Source: Eledone cirrhosa (Eukaryota). From it: DNA of 64,000 nucleotides. Numbering within the stretch: position 1 is the first letter of the stretch; the number at the start of each line of letters is the position of its first letter. The stretch lies in assembly GCA_964016885.1 (NCBI GenBank), contig OZ024742.1, positions 256,370,001-256,434,000 on the forward strand, in the 5' to 3' direction. A program made the position numbers and the translations under genes. Below, one piece after another: positions 11,884 through 25,889 of the stretch. The notes beneath the pieces are model-generated. The model was given only the letters and a program-made list of their open reading frames with translations, had not been told where the DNA came from and searched no databases.

Positions 11884-13729
11884 CATATATGTATTGTGTG
11901 CCTGTATATATGTATGTTTATAAGTATGTATGAAATCTATATTTGTATGAATGAAAGTATGTATAAATTCATTTATATATGCAAGAAAATATGTGAAATA
12001 GTTTAAATCAGTTATGAGAATAAATAATAATTAGCGTAGACTTAATTATTATGTTTTCGATTATTCGTATATTGTTGAAACATCATAAAGATTTTTTTAT
12101 CCATGGATAAATCTTAGACACCAACACACAATCACACATTCACTCACAGACCAACAAAAGTACATTCATATACATTTATGACCGTATGTAGATATATACG
12201 TACACACATCCACACACACACATATCTATATATATAAATATATATACATTCACAACAAATTCCTGAGTCCTCTTAAACATTTTCTCCTTTCTCTGGTCGA
12301 TAAATAAAGTACCAACAGTGATCGATATACTTTTCTGGTCTTGTGCCGAGATTATTAACGATTATCTCTATAACGTCCATCTCTCTCCTATTTTTGCCAA
12401 ATTTAAAATGTCTCAAATTTTGATTCACTTAATAATTACTGGGAAATTTGAAACTTGTAATCTACTCTTCTCAACGTAAAGATCACAATAACAGTCCTCT
12501 ATCAATAATAGTGTAAAATATTGAGACCCTTTTTTCCCGTCCAATGGTTTCTTTACCCGATGTTATAGTGATTGATATTTATTACGGTCATTTGCAATGA
12601 GATATCTACTTTTCAAATCTCAAACGATATTTGTTAGCTTTCGCCTATTACTTGAAACGCCAGGCTAATTATTCTTTTCTATTCTAAAGTTTTATAGAGA
12701 GTGATATATTAATATCGTATTCAAGAAACAAATACCGGGGATTGTCCGGTCGCTTTCTCTTCGTATCGGTCGCTGTCGTACTTGAACCTCGTAATGCCGA
12801 CACTCTCGTGGAACGTCAGCGGTCTGTCTGAGGAAGAAGCCCCGCGAGGTGGGGTGGCTGTTGCTTTAGATGTCGCTGGCCATTGTCGACGGGAATGGTT
12901 TTGTGGCCTTGTGCGCCAGCCGCAGCCCTATTACCACCCCGCCTTACGCCCAGATCAAACCACCACCCCCATTCCTCGCTCCCACCCTTCTCTGACACTA
13001 GATCGCTTCCTTTCCATTTTTAAAATTATAATTATAATCTACATTTAAAACAAAATTTACCTCCTCATATACACATTCATTCCGTACACACACTGACACT
13101 TATTTCTTTATACTTCTAATCTCTTCTTCCTCTCTTTCCCCACTTCACTTTACCCTCTTCCCCTCTCACGCTTGCTGTTGCAGTCAATACTTCCACTTAC
13201 TACCACTATCTCTGCTTCTATAGCCTTAAAATATAAACTTTTGCTCAAGCGACGCGATACTAACCGGACGCAAATATTTTGCTTTTCGTCCCTTGTTATT
13301 TTGTTTGTTTGTCTGATTTGTTTTCTTACCATCTCACACCACATCTTACAAGCAGGAATATTTATTTTCTGCAGCGTAAACTGTAGTATTCCCTTTTTCA
13401 TTTGAGCTGACAAGGCTCAAACGAGGTTGAAATCGATATGTACTTTGGTCTTTAACTTTAATCTCCACTCGTTTTGTAACTTTGGTTTCCTCTTGTTTTC
13501 CTTCAATTACCCTTTCCTTCTCACTCCTACAGGTTCTCCTTTTCATCATCTTTACTTTTTGCTCGCCCGACCTCATAATGTTTCGCGTTTCATTAGAAGT
13601 CTCTAGCCATTATTGACGTCCATGTTGCTATTATTTATTATTTACGGTATTCGGCTGTTTTAACAGTAATTACACGCATTCAGCTTCCCCATATTTTTAC
13701 GAACTTCATTTATATATATATATCGAGGG

Positions 13730-13945
13730 TCGATCGACTTTCGTCAAAACAGACAAAGGAAACAATGTTTCCATTGGTCTTTCCAATTGCTAATACTATC
13801 TATCGGCCGCATATCCAGGTAGAAAAAGCAACGTTAAATAATGTGTATTGCTCAAGGACATAATGCATCACGCTCGCCGGGAGTCGAACTCACAACCTCA
13901 CTATTGCGAATCCAATTCTCAAAGAATTTAGCCACGCATCTTCAC
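13730..13945 (-). mobile_element. tRNA-derived SINE, second family (decayed)
   Basis: Reverse B box GGAGTCGAACTC and motif TTGCTCAAGGACA. Related copies lie near 32860-33080 and 52520-52630. Confidence 0.6.
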
Positions 13946-14036
13946 ACGCACACAAACACATATATATATACATACATAAACATATAAATACACACACACA
14001 AACACACAGACACACACATACACACACACTCACACA

Positions 14037-14104
<68 letters not shown>

Positions 14105-15609
14105 TATATACATAATATGTATATATACGCGCGCGTGTGTGTGTGTATGTGTATGTATGTATGTGGGTGTGCGTGTGATCGTCTGCAGTCCTGGATTCAA
14201 TCCAGCCACTGGGAATATTGGGCTAACGACATTTACCATAACCTCTGTTCTACTGAAAACTTCTGAATGTTATAAAGTAGATGGGAACTCATTGGAAGTT
14301 TGTCAGATTGGCTATAGATTTAATTCAACAAGCCAGTCGTGTCACATAGTGTATCATGCTGATTCTTCCTGAACACAACGTTAAGTATATACATATTTGA
14401 CGATTGATTAGTAGAGTGGTAATTTCACGACCTGGCTGTTCATTAATCGAAGAACCATTGCCTGGACAAAAAATGTTTCAAGCTTAGTCTCCCTGAGGAC
14501 TACGTTAGGTATGTGCATGTCTGCGAATAGCTCAATAAGCTAGAGGTTAATTATATGACCAAGCTTTTCTAAAATCTAACCATTGTATTACTCACTACCT
14601 TATGAAAATGTTTCACACTGAATTTCCTTTAGAACTGTGTGTGTAGAATAGTAAGCAATCTGCACATTATTCTCATCAAGAAATGGATCCATAGTGCAGC
14701 CGCACTAACTACAATTTACCAATCTTTTCCTAAGATAAAAAAGCAACCAAAACCGATATTGACAGAATATGTTTATTGTGTCAAGCATGCTTTTTTAATC
14801 AGCTTTATGTTTCGTAATTAAAGGATAAGCGTTGCTGGCATTGGGGAGTGAAATTTGTATGTGGATTTTCTGAGCAAAACAGTATATTTAAGGGGAAATA
14901 TGACTGTAAATTAACTCAGCTAAGGTTTATGTCTAACGATTTCTGGCATAATTTTTATTTACAATAATAATTGGTCGTCAATCAAAAAACTATTTGGTTT
15001 TATAAGTAGGAGGTCACTAATCGATATGATCGATATTAGTATTAATGTCGGCATATATTTTATTGAATGCACATTGATGAAAGAAAAATTCAAATCAAAT
15101 TTGGACTCCGGCATTAACAATCAAAAAGTAAAAAATCAACATTGTATAAAGTATTTCCTACTATATTCAATTCATATTTTAAAAGCTTAGAAGCCGAAGA
15201 GTGGAATGTATAAAATGTTCGCTTGAAACTCATTGATTCTGTGTTCGATCTCACTGCGTGACATCAGAGATAGTTGCTGTTTACTAGAGACTCAGGTCTA
15301 ACCATGGCTCCTCAGGGAAATTGGGTAGACATAAATATTTGGAAGCTCGATGGGTGGACCTTACCTGTAATTGAAATAGCAAGCTTTGCTGAAGACTGTG
15401 CCCCACTGAATCTCCCTGAGAATGATGTTAAGGGTACTTGTATTTGGGAAATGCTCACCAAATTAAATCATTTAAATGTTACTTTCCTGAAAAGTTGGGA
15501 CCCTCATCGTCGAAGTCGACGGATGTCCATCAATTCAGAAAACAGCAATGCCATAGAGATATTCACTTTAAAATAAATAAATAACATAAATAAATATATA
15601 AATAATATA

Positions 15610-16200
15610 TCATCTTGGTGAAAGTGTGAAGTGCTGTGAGGAATTATTAACGAAAATATTACCCATAAAGTGAGCACTTGCAAAATCACTGAAACAACTA
15701 TGAAATAATGCATGACAAGTTCTACATATATCTTCAATGATCAATGTACACGCTATATGAATATCAAGTATCCAATATATAGTATAGAAGTAAGTGTCCT
15801 TTATGTTAGAGATAAACTGAAGCTACTCCGCGACATCAATATTCAAACAGAGCGCAGGCATAAAAACAAAAGATCAGATGTCATAACTGCAGAGAAATAG
15901 CTGTAAATGCCATATTATTGATGTTACTATTTCAGGAAATAAAGATGAAGCCTTGAAAATAAAACAAAACCTAGAAAATTAGTAAACTACACTGACTTGA
16001 AGATCGAAATTGCATGAATTTGGTCAAAACTACTTAATAAGGGTAAAATAATTCCAGTTGACATCATAGCTTTCAGCTCGATACCACTAAATCTTAGAGG
16101 ATATCGTAAGCAGTTAAACTTAGAATCAAACTTGCTCTTCTAATACCCTTTTAAGCACTGCTTATACATTCAGGAAAGTAGACTGTCTAAGGTTCTTGCT
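15610..16200 (+). mobile_element. R4/Dong-like (restriction-like endonuclease) non-LTR 3' remnant
   Basis: KLLRDINIQTERRHKNKRSDVI resembles the KILWDFxIQTD..RRPDIV consensus. Confidence 0.6.
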
Positions 16201-16309
16201 AAAGCCAAACAGGCAGAAGATTCAGTAATTGCCATGTTCACTGTGCAAACCATACCTACAAGTAATTATAATAATACTTTGTGAGTTAAGCTGAAGACCA
16301 ACTGGTGGT

Positions 16310-16820
16310 GAAGTGGAGTCGATTAAATCGACTCCAATCCGTTACTGGTAATTTATTTTATCGTCCCCGTAAGGATGAAAGGCAAAGCTAACCTCAGAAG
16401 GATTTCATATGAAAACGTAAAGGGTCGTAATGATATGCTGCAAATCATGTTCCCCGACATCACTTCTAATAATAATTGTTTCTACTTTTGGCACAAGGCC
16501 AGCAATTTCCCAGTGTATTACTGGTACTTTATTTTATCGACCCCGTAAGGATGAAAGGCAAAGTTAACCTCGGCGGGATTTGAACTCAGAATGGCAAGGG
16601 CCGTAACTCTATGCGTCAAAGCATGGCGTCCGACCCTCTACCGATACTGCCAATTCACCACCCTCTTCTAATAATAATGATAATAATAATTGTTTCTACT
16701 GTTGGCACAAGGCCAGCAATTATTCAGTACATTACTGGTACTTTATTTTATCGACCCAGTAAGGATGAAAAGCAAAGTTAACATCGACGGGATGAATATT
16801 GCCTTTCATCCTTACGGGGA
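16310..16820 (-). mobile_element. Three head-to-tail Deu/Nin-like SINE copies
   Basis: Repeated TACTGGTACTTTATTTTATCGACCCCGTAAGGATGAAAGGCAAAG separated by AAT tails. Confidence 0.85.
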
Positions 16821-17463
16821 CAATAATAATGATAATAATAATAATAATAATCATCCGCCATGTGCGTATATTATTAGAGAGAGTGTTATGGAATCGCTCC
16901 CGTAAGTTTTTGATTTTTTACATATTTAAACAATTGTGATCGAATAATTCTTATTACAAATGGGACATAAGACACCAGTCTTGGCTCTCAGGAAGTGACT
17001 ACGCATAACACTATGGCATAGGGCTCCAATATTTAATATTTAATTTTGTATCAGAAATTTTATAGTAAAAAAAGAAAATGGTTTCAAATAGGCACAAATG
17101 GAGGAAAACAACAGCCAAATAATTCCACCACCAACACCACCGCCGCCGCCGCCACCACCACTACCACAAAACATTTAGCTAGATACAAACCAACAGCAGC
17201 AACAACACCATCACTACAGTACTACTATACCATCACCACCGTCACCACTGCATCATCGCTACCACCACTATTCCCTCACTAACTCCTGCTAAGAGAAGGA
17301 AGGTAGTAGTGCTACTACACATGAGTAGAACGATGAAGTGACCAGCAGATATAAATAGACTGATTTAGTGACCCGGTTAAACAGGTAAGAACACCACCAC
17401 AATAATTATTATTGTTGTATCCCTAAACTCTTCAAAATGTTTAGTTTAAACAAATAATAATAA

Positions 17464-17890
17464 TAATTGTTCCTACTTTTGGCAATCATACCATAAAGGC
17501 CGTAAATCTTTGCTGCAAAGCATGGCGTCAGACCCTCTACCGATACTGCCAATCCACCGCCCTAAATAATTGTTTCTACTTTTGGCACAAGGCCAGCAAC
17601 TACCCAGTACATTAATGGTACTTTATTTTATCGACCCCGTAACGATGAAAGGCAAAGTTAACCTCGGCGGGATTTGAACTCAGAACGTAAAGGGACGTAA
17701 CTATGCTGGAAAGCATGTGCGACCCTCTACCGATACTGCCAATTCACCGCCCCTATAATAATAATTGTTTCTACATTTGGCACAAGGCCAGCAATTACCC
17801 AGTAGGTTACTGGTACTTTATTTTATCAACTCCGTAAGGATGAAAGGCAAAGTTAACCTCGGCAGGATTTGAACTCAGAACACCGCCCCT
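17464..17890 (-). mobile_element. Three head-to-tail Deu/Nin-like SINE copies, two internally deleted
   Basis: Units start at ~17464, 17567 and 17762 with AATTGTT(T/C)CTAC..TTGGCA and end in CCGCCC. Confidence 0.85.
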
Positions 17891-18184
17891 ATAATAACAA
17901 TGATAAGCAACAAGTCGAACAATTACAGAACAGGACACAGACAAAACCAAGCGCAAGAGCAAAAGAAAAACAAATTTCAAATGTCAGACATACAAACATT
18001 ACAATGAAACTAATGCTTATTTTTTTAAGCGTTTATGTATTTATTTGCCTATTTATTTATGTTTGTCTACAGCGTGATTGTGCCACGCTAAAATCACCGG
18101 TAGTGATGAAATCACCAGTGTTTATGTAACCATACATTCACCAATCCTCGATATGAGTGTTTAAAAAATGATAATAATAATAAT

Positions 18185-20950
18185 GCTTTTTTCATTAACC
18201 ACAAGGGTTTACACAAAATGAGACATTAAGGACAGTACAGGACAATACAGGACGGTACAAATGGGCATTTCTGCTTGTAAAAAAAACAAAACAAAAACAG
18301 AGGATGAAACAAAAAAAAAGAATAATGAAAAATTCCCTAATAGGGTGGTTTACTTCCGAGGGCCATCGTTGGGTAAGCCCATTAAAAAAGCCACGGTGAC
18401 CCTGACCACCAGGGCAAATGAGGTCTCCCAGTTTTCCACCTTCAATTTACAGGCACATACTCAGAGTAGGCCCATTCACTCGGGCCATTCTTGCCTCTCT
18501 CACCCATCTTTCAACAAAATGCTGGGAAGAGAGCACTCCCCTCTCTACCCTGATTTACATTTCCAAATGAAATTTGAAAAAGTTAATCAGGGCATCGACG
18601 AAGAGATACCTGCTCATCTTCAGTCCTTTCAGACGCGTCCACCATACTATCTCTTTCGCCATGGCCCCCAGACAGATAAAAACTGCCTACCCTTCCCGGC
18701 TAAAGGAAGAGTGCGGGGCAATCCTCACGATGGACTCAGCTGATAGCCGGATCCGTTCTACACGAGACAGCAGGTGTTCGACATAAACCCACAATTCAGC
18801 AATGCTCGGACACTGGATGAGTGCATGCAGGACGGTTTCGTTGCCCTGCGCGCATCTCGGATATACCCGGCTGACGGCACTTCCATGCCTGTAGAATTTA
18901 TCCCGAACTGGCAAAGCTCCTCGCTAGCACTGCCAGGCAGGGATTTCTGGAAATTGTCCATAGGCCCCAGCCCGAAAGTTCTTCCGAAGAAATTGGCTAG
19001 TTGATTTCCGTCGACGCCTAGAGTCGCCCCAAGTACGTCGTCGCTTTTCCCCTCCACTAATTCTCTATAGAACGCCAAGGTGAAGTTTCCACCGATCCCA
19101 TTGCCCGACTGGTCGAGGGTTGTCAGCGCCTCAAGACATTCCGGTCTCCAAGCGTTCCCTCTTGGTCTTCGCTAGACTCAGGACTGCAGCTCCTGCAAGG
19201 AGACGAGCTGGGGAAAGACGCGTCTAGCAAACGGTGACCACACCTGATCACCGTCGAGGAAGAGGTGGAGATGTCGTAGCCTGAGCGCGTGTCAGCGCTT
19301 CATCAGCCACGACATGCCCAGCCCTCCACGTAGAGGGTTTTGACAGCAGATGGACCGCCTGAAAATCGTAGCTCGTCCCTTCCACAAAAAAACGAAAGAG
19401 CAAACGCTGCAGCGTAGGCAGGCGAGGCTTAGGACAAGGCACGACCGTCAGGCGGTAGTAGATGACGGACGCGATGTACGCATTCACCACTTCCGCTCGA
19501 CATTTCAGGGATAGCTTGCTCTCTGCCCATTTCTGGGTGAGAGAAGCCCCCTGCTCGTCACCTCATGCCAGTTTTTTGTACATCTGGAGGTTCAGACCGA
19601 ACCAGACCCCTAGCAATTTAACCGGCCCGTCCGTCCACCGCTCGACGACGCTGTCGGACGGCATAAACCTGCCTCTCCAGGTGTCGAGCTGCAGGCCCAC
19701 CGTCTTTTCCTGGTTGATCATTGCTCCTGTCACCGCTTCGTATTCTCATAGTGTGTTGCCGATCGCCTCGATGTGTTTGGCGTTCGACACCATTACGGTG
19801 ACATTGTCCATATATGCTGACACGGATCTTCTGCATCCTAGTTCGCGCGTAACCCCCTCGACAACTCCAGTTTGTGCAGTAATGGCTCGAGAGTCAATAC
19901 ATACAAGAGGGACGAGAGGGGACATCCTTGGCTGACCGAGCGCATGATGTTGAACGGTTCTGAAAAGTGACCGTTCACTCTCACCCCAGAGCAGATGGCG
20001 CTGTGTATGGCAGTGATCCAGCCTCTGAAGACGGGCCCAAAGCCAGCCGCCCTCAGGACTGCCGCCAGATAACGATGGTCGACCCTATCGAAAAGTTTCG
20101 AGTGATCTAAATTAATCAAGGACCCACCCGTGCCAGGTTCCCTAGCTACCCTCTGCACGATGTATCGCAATGAGGTGGATGTTGTCGGGGATGGATCTGT
20201 CTGGAATGCCGCATGTCAGCGCCTCTCCCACCAGACCACCAACGACAAGCGCCAACCTCTTTGCTAGCACCTTGGACAAAATCTTGAACTCTGTGTTTAG
20301 CAGAATTATGGGCCTGAAATTATCTATGTTGTCCACCCTGTTCGGATCCTTTCTCAGCAGCGTCCCCGCTCCTCGGCTCAGAGTGCTGGGAATTCTCCCA
20401 TTCTGTTGCCAGTTGCAGTAGACGTCCGCCTAGGGGCCTTCGAACAAGTCTGGCATTTGTACGTAATGTTCATAGAGTAGACCGTCCAAACCAGACGATT
20501 TACCCCTTGTGCAGCCAGTCATTGCCTCCCGTACTTCAGCGGCTGTTATAGGCTTTTCGCAACATGCCGATGCCGCGGCAGTCCGTCAAGTTAGGCATTA
20601 AAGTCCATCCCTCGATCCGGCCCACCGCTGCCTCTGAACAGCTGAGCGAAGTGTCGCTGAACAGTTTCACATGTTTTCCCGGGATCGAGTAGCATGCTCC
20701 CGTCGTGGTCCACCAAAGACCGGATCGTGGCTTTGTTGCTAAGTCGCGCCTCCGCCAATCAGGCCCATTGAACGGCTTTTGTCCCCTCGTTTCTGAGAGC
20801 ATGCACCCTAGCTCTGACAACGCAGCCTTCGTGCTTTGCATTGAAGAATTGGTCAAGGGCCAATTTCGTTTCGTCCAATTAGTTCTGCCTCTGCTCTATT
20901 TTTCTCTATTGCTAAAGCCTTACTAAACCTAATGGACTCTATTTTAATAG
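18185..20950 (-). mobile_element. Tx1/L1-clade LINE copy A (5'-truncated ORF2, decayed)
   Basis: DNFRPIILLNTEFKILSKVLAKRL, LDHSKLFDRVDH, QGCPLSSLLY, (Y)PRCAQGNETVLHALIQCP; AATGAAA at the poly(A)-signal position and an (ATT)n tail. Confidence 0.9.
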
Positions 20951-23900
20951 TTTCATTTATTGGACACAAGGGCCGACATATAGGGGACAATACAAAAGAC
21001 AGGAACAGTGGTGGATTACATATACAACATGTAAACAATACAAATAACAATAACAATATAACAATAACAATACAAGGAAAATTCCCCAATAAGGGGGATG
21101 ACCACCCATGGTTCACTCAGGTACCTCACCAATCCTGAACGACCCGATGCTGCCAGAACACCAGGGAACGGCACTATTCTACCCTCAAATACACACACCT
21201 ACAGGCGCATGATCAGAGTAGGGCCACTCACACAGGCCACTCTCACCACATTTGCACACCTTTCAGCAAATGTACTGGGGGCAGCACTACGCTCTCCATC
21301 CTCATCTTCCTTTCCAAGTGAAACTTGAAAAAGTTGATGAGGGATTGGCCGAAGAAAAATGTGTATCTCTTCAGTCCTTAGAACCTGGTCCACCATACAA
21401 CCTCTTTCGCTAACGCCACCTGACAGAAGAAAATTGCCTGCCCTTCCTGGCCAAAAGAGGGCGGCGGTTGACCTTCACGGTGGACTCGGCCAAAAGCCGG
21501 ATCCGTTCTACACGCGACAACAATTGTTCGACATACATCCACAAGTCATTGATGCACGGACATTGGACGAGTGCGTGCAGTACGTTTTCGTCGCCCTGCG
21601 CGCATCTCGGGCAGGTCCGTCTGACAGCACTTCCATGCCTGTAGAGTTTATCTCGAAGCGGCTGTGCCCCCCCCCCCGCTAGCACTGATAAGCGAGGGAT
21701 TTTTGGAAATGATCCATCGTCCCCGATTCGAAAATCCTCAGGAACTTGCTGGTTAGTTCGACTCCGTCGACGCCCAGAGCCTCTCCGAGTGCGTCATCAC
21801 ACTTGCCCACAATTAATCCTCTATAGAACTCGAGAGTGGAAGTTCCACTGACCGCATTGCTCGCCTGGTAGAGGGCAGTGAGTGCCTGACAACAGTCCAG
21901 CTACCAGTTACCCATCCTCGGTCTCTTCTTGACCCAGGACTGCAGCTCAGTCAAAGAGACGAGCTGCGGAAAGGCCCGTCTGACAAACGGCGACCACACC
22001 TGTTCACCATTTAGGCAGAATATCTGGAGATGCCGCAGCCTGAGTGCATGTCTGCGCATCATTAGCCACGGCATGCCCAGTCCTCCACGTAGAGGGTGTT
22101 GGCATCAGATGGACCGCCTCGTCAATGGAAACTGTCTCCTCCACAAGAATTTGAAGAGGAGCTGTTACAAGTTGGCGAGGTGCGAACGAGGGCAAGGGAC
22201 GACGGTCAGGGTGTAGTAGATGACGGACGCGATGTACGTGTTCGCCACCTCCACCCGACCTTTCAGTGATAGCTTTCTCGCAGCCCATTTCTGGGTGAGA
22301 CTGGATACTCTGCCCGTCACCTCGTCCCAATTCTTATCCACCTGGAGGTCAGGCCCGTACCAAACCCCGAGCAGCTTTAGCGGTCCGTCCGACCAGCGCC
22401 CAACGACGCCTCCAGCTGCCGAGTTGCAAGCCCACCAACTTTTCCGGGTTACGTTTTGCTCCCGTCAACCTTTCATATTCCTCCAATAAGGTGCCGACCA
22501 CCTCGAATTCCGAGGTGTCTGACACCATCACGGTGATGTTGTCCGCATAAGCCGACATAGCCTTTCCGCGTCCTGGTTCGAGTGGAATGCCCTGCAACAG
22601 CTTTAGCTTCCTCAGTAAAGGCTCGAGATTCAATACGTACAGAAGGGAAGAGAGAGGGCACCCTTGACGGACCAATCGGGGGATTTGAAACGGTTCTGTG
22701 AGGTGGCCATTAACTTTGACCACTGAGCAGAGGCCGCTGTGCATTGCAGCAATCCAGCTTCTGAAGACGGGGCCGAAACCAGCCGCCTTGAGGACAGCCT
22801 CCAGGTACAGATGGTCGACGCTATCGAATGCTTTCGATTGATCTAAATTGATCAGAGCCCCACCGAAGCCAGGTTTACACCCTACCCTCTCTATGATGTA
22901 TCGCATTAGGTGGAGGTTGTGGTGTGTGGACTTGGTTGGGATTGCGCAAGTTTGCGCCTCCCCAACCAAATCCCCGACGACAAGCGCCAACCTCTTCGCT
23001 AACACCCTGGCCAAAATCTTAAACTCTGTGTTGAGCAGAGTTATGGGCCTGAAATTGTCTAATGTGTCCCTCTTGTTCTCGTCTTTCCTTATCAGCGTCA
23101 CTACGCCCCGGCTCACAAAACTGGGAATACTCCCGTTTTGCTGCCAGTTGCAGTAGAGGGTTTAGAGGAGATTGGAGAACAAGTCTGGCATATTTACGTA
23201 AAGCTCGTAGGGCAGACCATTCAAACCGGGTGACTTGCGCCGACAAGGGCATCCTGAATCTCGGCTGAAGTAATTGGCCTTTCGCAGTGCCCAGCGTCAG
23301 CTGTCGAGAGTTGCGGCAAGCCATCGACGTAGGGACTGACGTCCACCACCATCTCTGACCCGCCACTTCCCCCGAACAACCGAGCAAAATATTGGCGAAA
23401 GGCCTCACACATCCGTTTGGAATCGCTCAGCTCGTGTCCGTCTCGGTCCGTCAAAGACCGAATCGTGGTTTTCTTACCACGCTGCGCCTCTGCCACGCGG
23501 GCCCATCGAACAGCTTTGGTTCCCTCGTTTCTCACAGCACGCGCCTTAGCTCTGACAATGCAACCTTCGTGTTTCGCATTGAAGAAATGGTCTAATGCCA
23601 TTCTCGCCGCTAGCACATCAGTTGCAATGCCACTACCAATAGCCTTGTCTAACTTATCTACCAACTCCCCCTCCTTTCAATTTTTCTCTAACGCTACTTC
23701 TTTGCTAAACTCTATGGACATTACTCTAATCTCTCTTTTGAGAGCCCCCCACCATCTATTGTTGACGACTCCACCTGTCAACTTTTTCTTAACTAAATTG
23801 TGGAACTGGTCCCTGTAACCCTTACGTGCCGGAAATGACATGTTTAGCTTCCAGTAACCAGGTCCTAACCCACGCGTCTTATCTAGGTGGACCATGCAGA

Positions 23901-25413
23901 TCACAAACTTGTGATCTGAATAGGCGACCGTTTCAACATGTGGACAGCTTACACTATTTCTGTCTATTTTGCTAATGAATATCCTGTCTATACACGATTT
24001 AGATGACGCTATGCGGTTAGTCCAGGTCCACACTGGCGCATTAGGGAAATCTAGTCGGTACCTGTCAGACAGTTGGAATTGGCTGATCAGGTTCTTGAGG
24101 TTTTGCACCCCCCGCTCCTATCGGATACTCCCACACAGTCCCAGCGTGCGTCTAAGATACCGTTCCAGTCCCCTGCTAACAGTAAAGGGCGAGACGTACC
24201 CAGAAAGGCTTCCAGGCGTCAAAAGAAGTCCGGCCATCCTGTCCCAGTAGGAACATAGACGGCCACCAGTCTAAAGGCACCACCATCGTTATTGTTCACG
24301 TCCAGGACCACCAACTTCTCGTCCGGGTCCCGGAAGATCGACCTTACCTCGAGATCCAGTCCTTTCCTAAACAGCACTACCACCCCGCCTCCCATTTCCG
24401 GCCGGCTTACATATGCAAATATCTGATAGTCGTCGAAAACGGGGGCTAGTGCGCGCGTGTCGGAAATCCTTGTCTTGCTGACGGCAATTACATCCATTTC
24501 TAGAGACCTGAATTCGTTGAGCAGGTGACCCTGCTTCCAGGACGGACGATCGTCGGTATGTATTCGGTGTCTTTTCTGATACACCTCAGCGCGTCTTCGA
24601 TATCTGCTTGTGGGATTAAAGCTGCCCTTTTGGTTTGTGCTGAAATGCATCTATAATGCACCGTTCTGCGCTCCACTGCCTCAATAGCTTCTACCGGGAC
24701 AGTTAGGTAGGCCCAGGTGTGCCCTTGCTTGATGAGCTTCCATGCCTGGGCCAACTTTTCATCTTTGTTTGAGAAGTCCATGTTGAAGCATGGCCTCTTT
24801 TTTATTGCTGCCGCAGGGAAAGTGTTCTTTTTATTTTCGTTGGGGGTGTTGTTGTCGTTGTTCTTGTTGGTGTTGTTATTATCACTGTCGCTGTTATCAT
24901 TTTTGTCTTTGTTGCCACTGTTGTTCTCGGTGCAGTTGGTATTGTTGCTGTTGGTGTTGTCACTATTTGTTTTCATGTTAGTGGTGTTGATATTGTTGTT
25001 CCATTTGTCATTTTACTTTGATATCTGTATTTTCGTTGTCGCTGTTACTGTCATTTTTTTCAAAATTAGAGTTCTCATTGGTGTCATTGTTTTTGGTGGT
25101 GTTTGTGTAATCAATGTGTGTTAATTTCGCTATAGCGCTCCTCTCAACCTCTACGTCGTTGTAGCACGACAGCAGACATATCGCTGGGGGCGTGGCTCAG
25201 CCATGTTTTTTTTCGTTTATTTTTTCCTCGATAATTTTTTAAAATGTTAAAAATTCAAATATTAGGGCCAAAAGGCCCAAATATTATTCTTTCCCCTTCA
25301 CGGGGCAAAGTCCAAAAGTATGCCTTACACAACAACAAAAATTCAATAAATCAGTTTTGATAGGTAAATAAGTGAATTTACAGGAGCGAGCAAAAAGACG
25401 TCCGTTCAGACTC
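20951..25413 (-). mobile_element. Tx1/L1-clade LINE copy B (5' end present, internal deletion)
   Basis: Asn-rich ORF1 part; APE endonuclease (DVIAVSKTRI, IDRIF, SDHKFV, GYWKLN); RT (LDQSKAFDSVDH, RQGCPLS, AYADN); CPRC..H....C knuckle. Confidence 0.92.
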
Positions 25414-25446
25414 AATAATAAGAATAATAATGATAACCATAATAAT

Positions 25447-25589
25447 GATTTCTTTATTGGCCACAAGGGATGACATCAAGAAAAAGATTACAGACGGCAC
25501 AGGACGGTACAGGACGGTACGATGTGGGTTTTGTGCGTGTAAATATTTTTATTATTTATATAAGAAAAGATAAAAGAAAAAGACATAGA

Positions 25590-25636
<47 letters not shown>

Positions 25637-25839
25637 AATAAAATTGAAAATTCAAACAATGAAAAATTCCGCAATAGGGGGGAAACCTCCGAGGGTTACT
25701 CGTGGCGAAAACCACACAAAAGACCAAGGCCACATTGACCACCAGGGCAAGCGCCCTCTCTCAATTTTTCCATTTCTCAAACTACAGGCGAATATTCAGA
25801 GCGGTCCTGTTCACTCGGACCATTCTCGCTACATTCACC

Positions 25840-25840
<1 letters not shown>
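25447..25840 (-). mobile_element. Tx1-type LINE 3' fragment C
   Basis: 3' end CCCTTGTGGCCAATAAAGAAATC; homologous to the 3' region of copy A (GACCACCAGGGCAA); flanked by (AAT)n on both sides. Confidence 0.8.
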
Positions 25841-25888
<48 letters not shown>

Positions 25889-25889
25889 G

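Noticed and set aside
16310-17890. Regularly recurring repeats resembling a CRISPR array
   Set aside because: They are SINE copies with Pol III boxes in a eukaryotic context; there are no unique spacers or cas genes.
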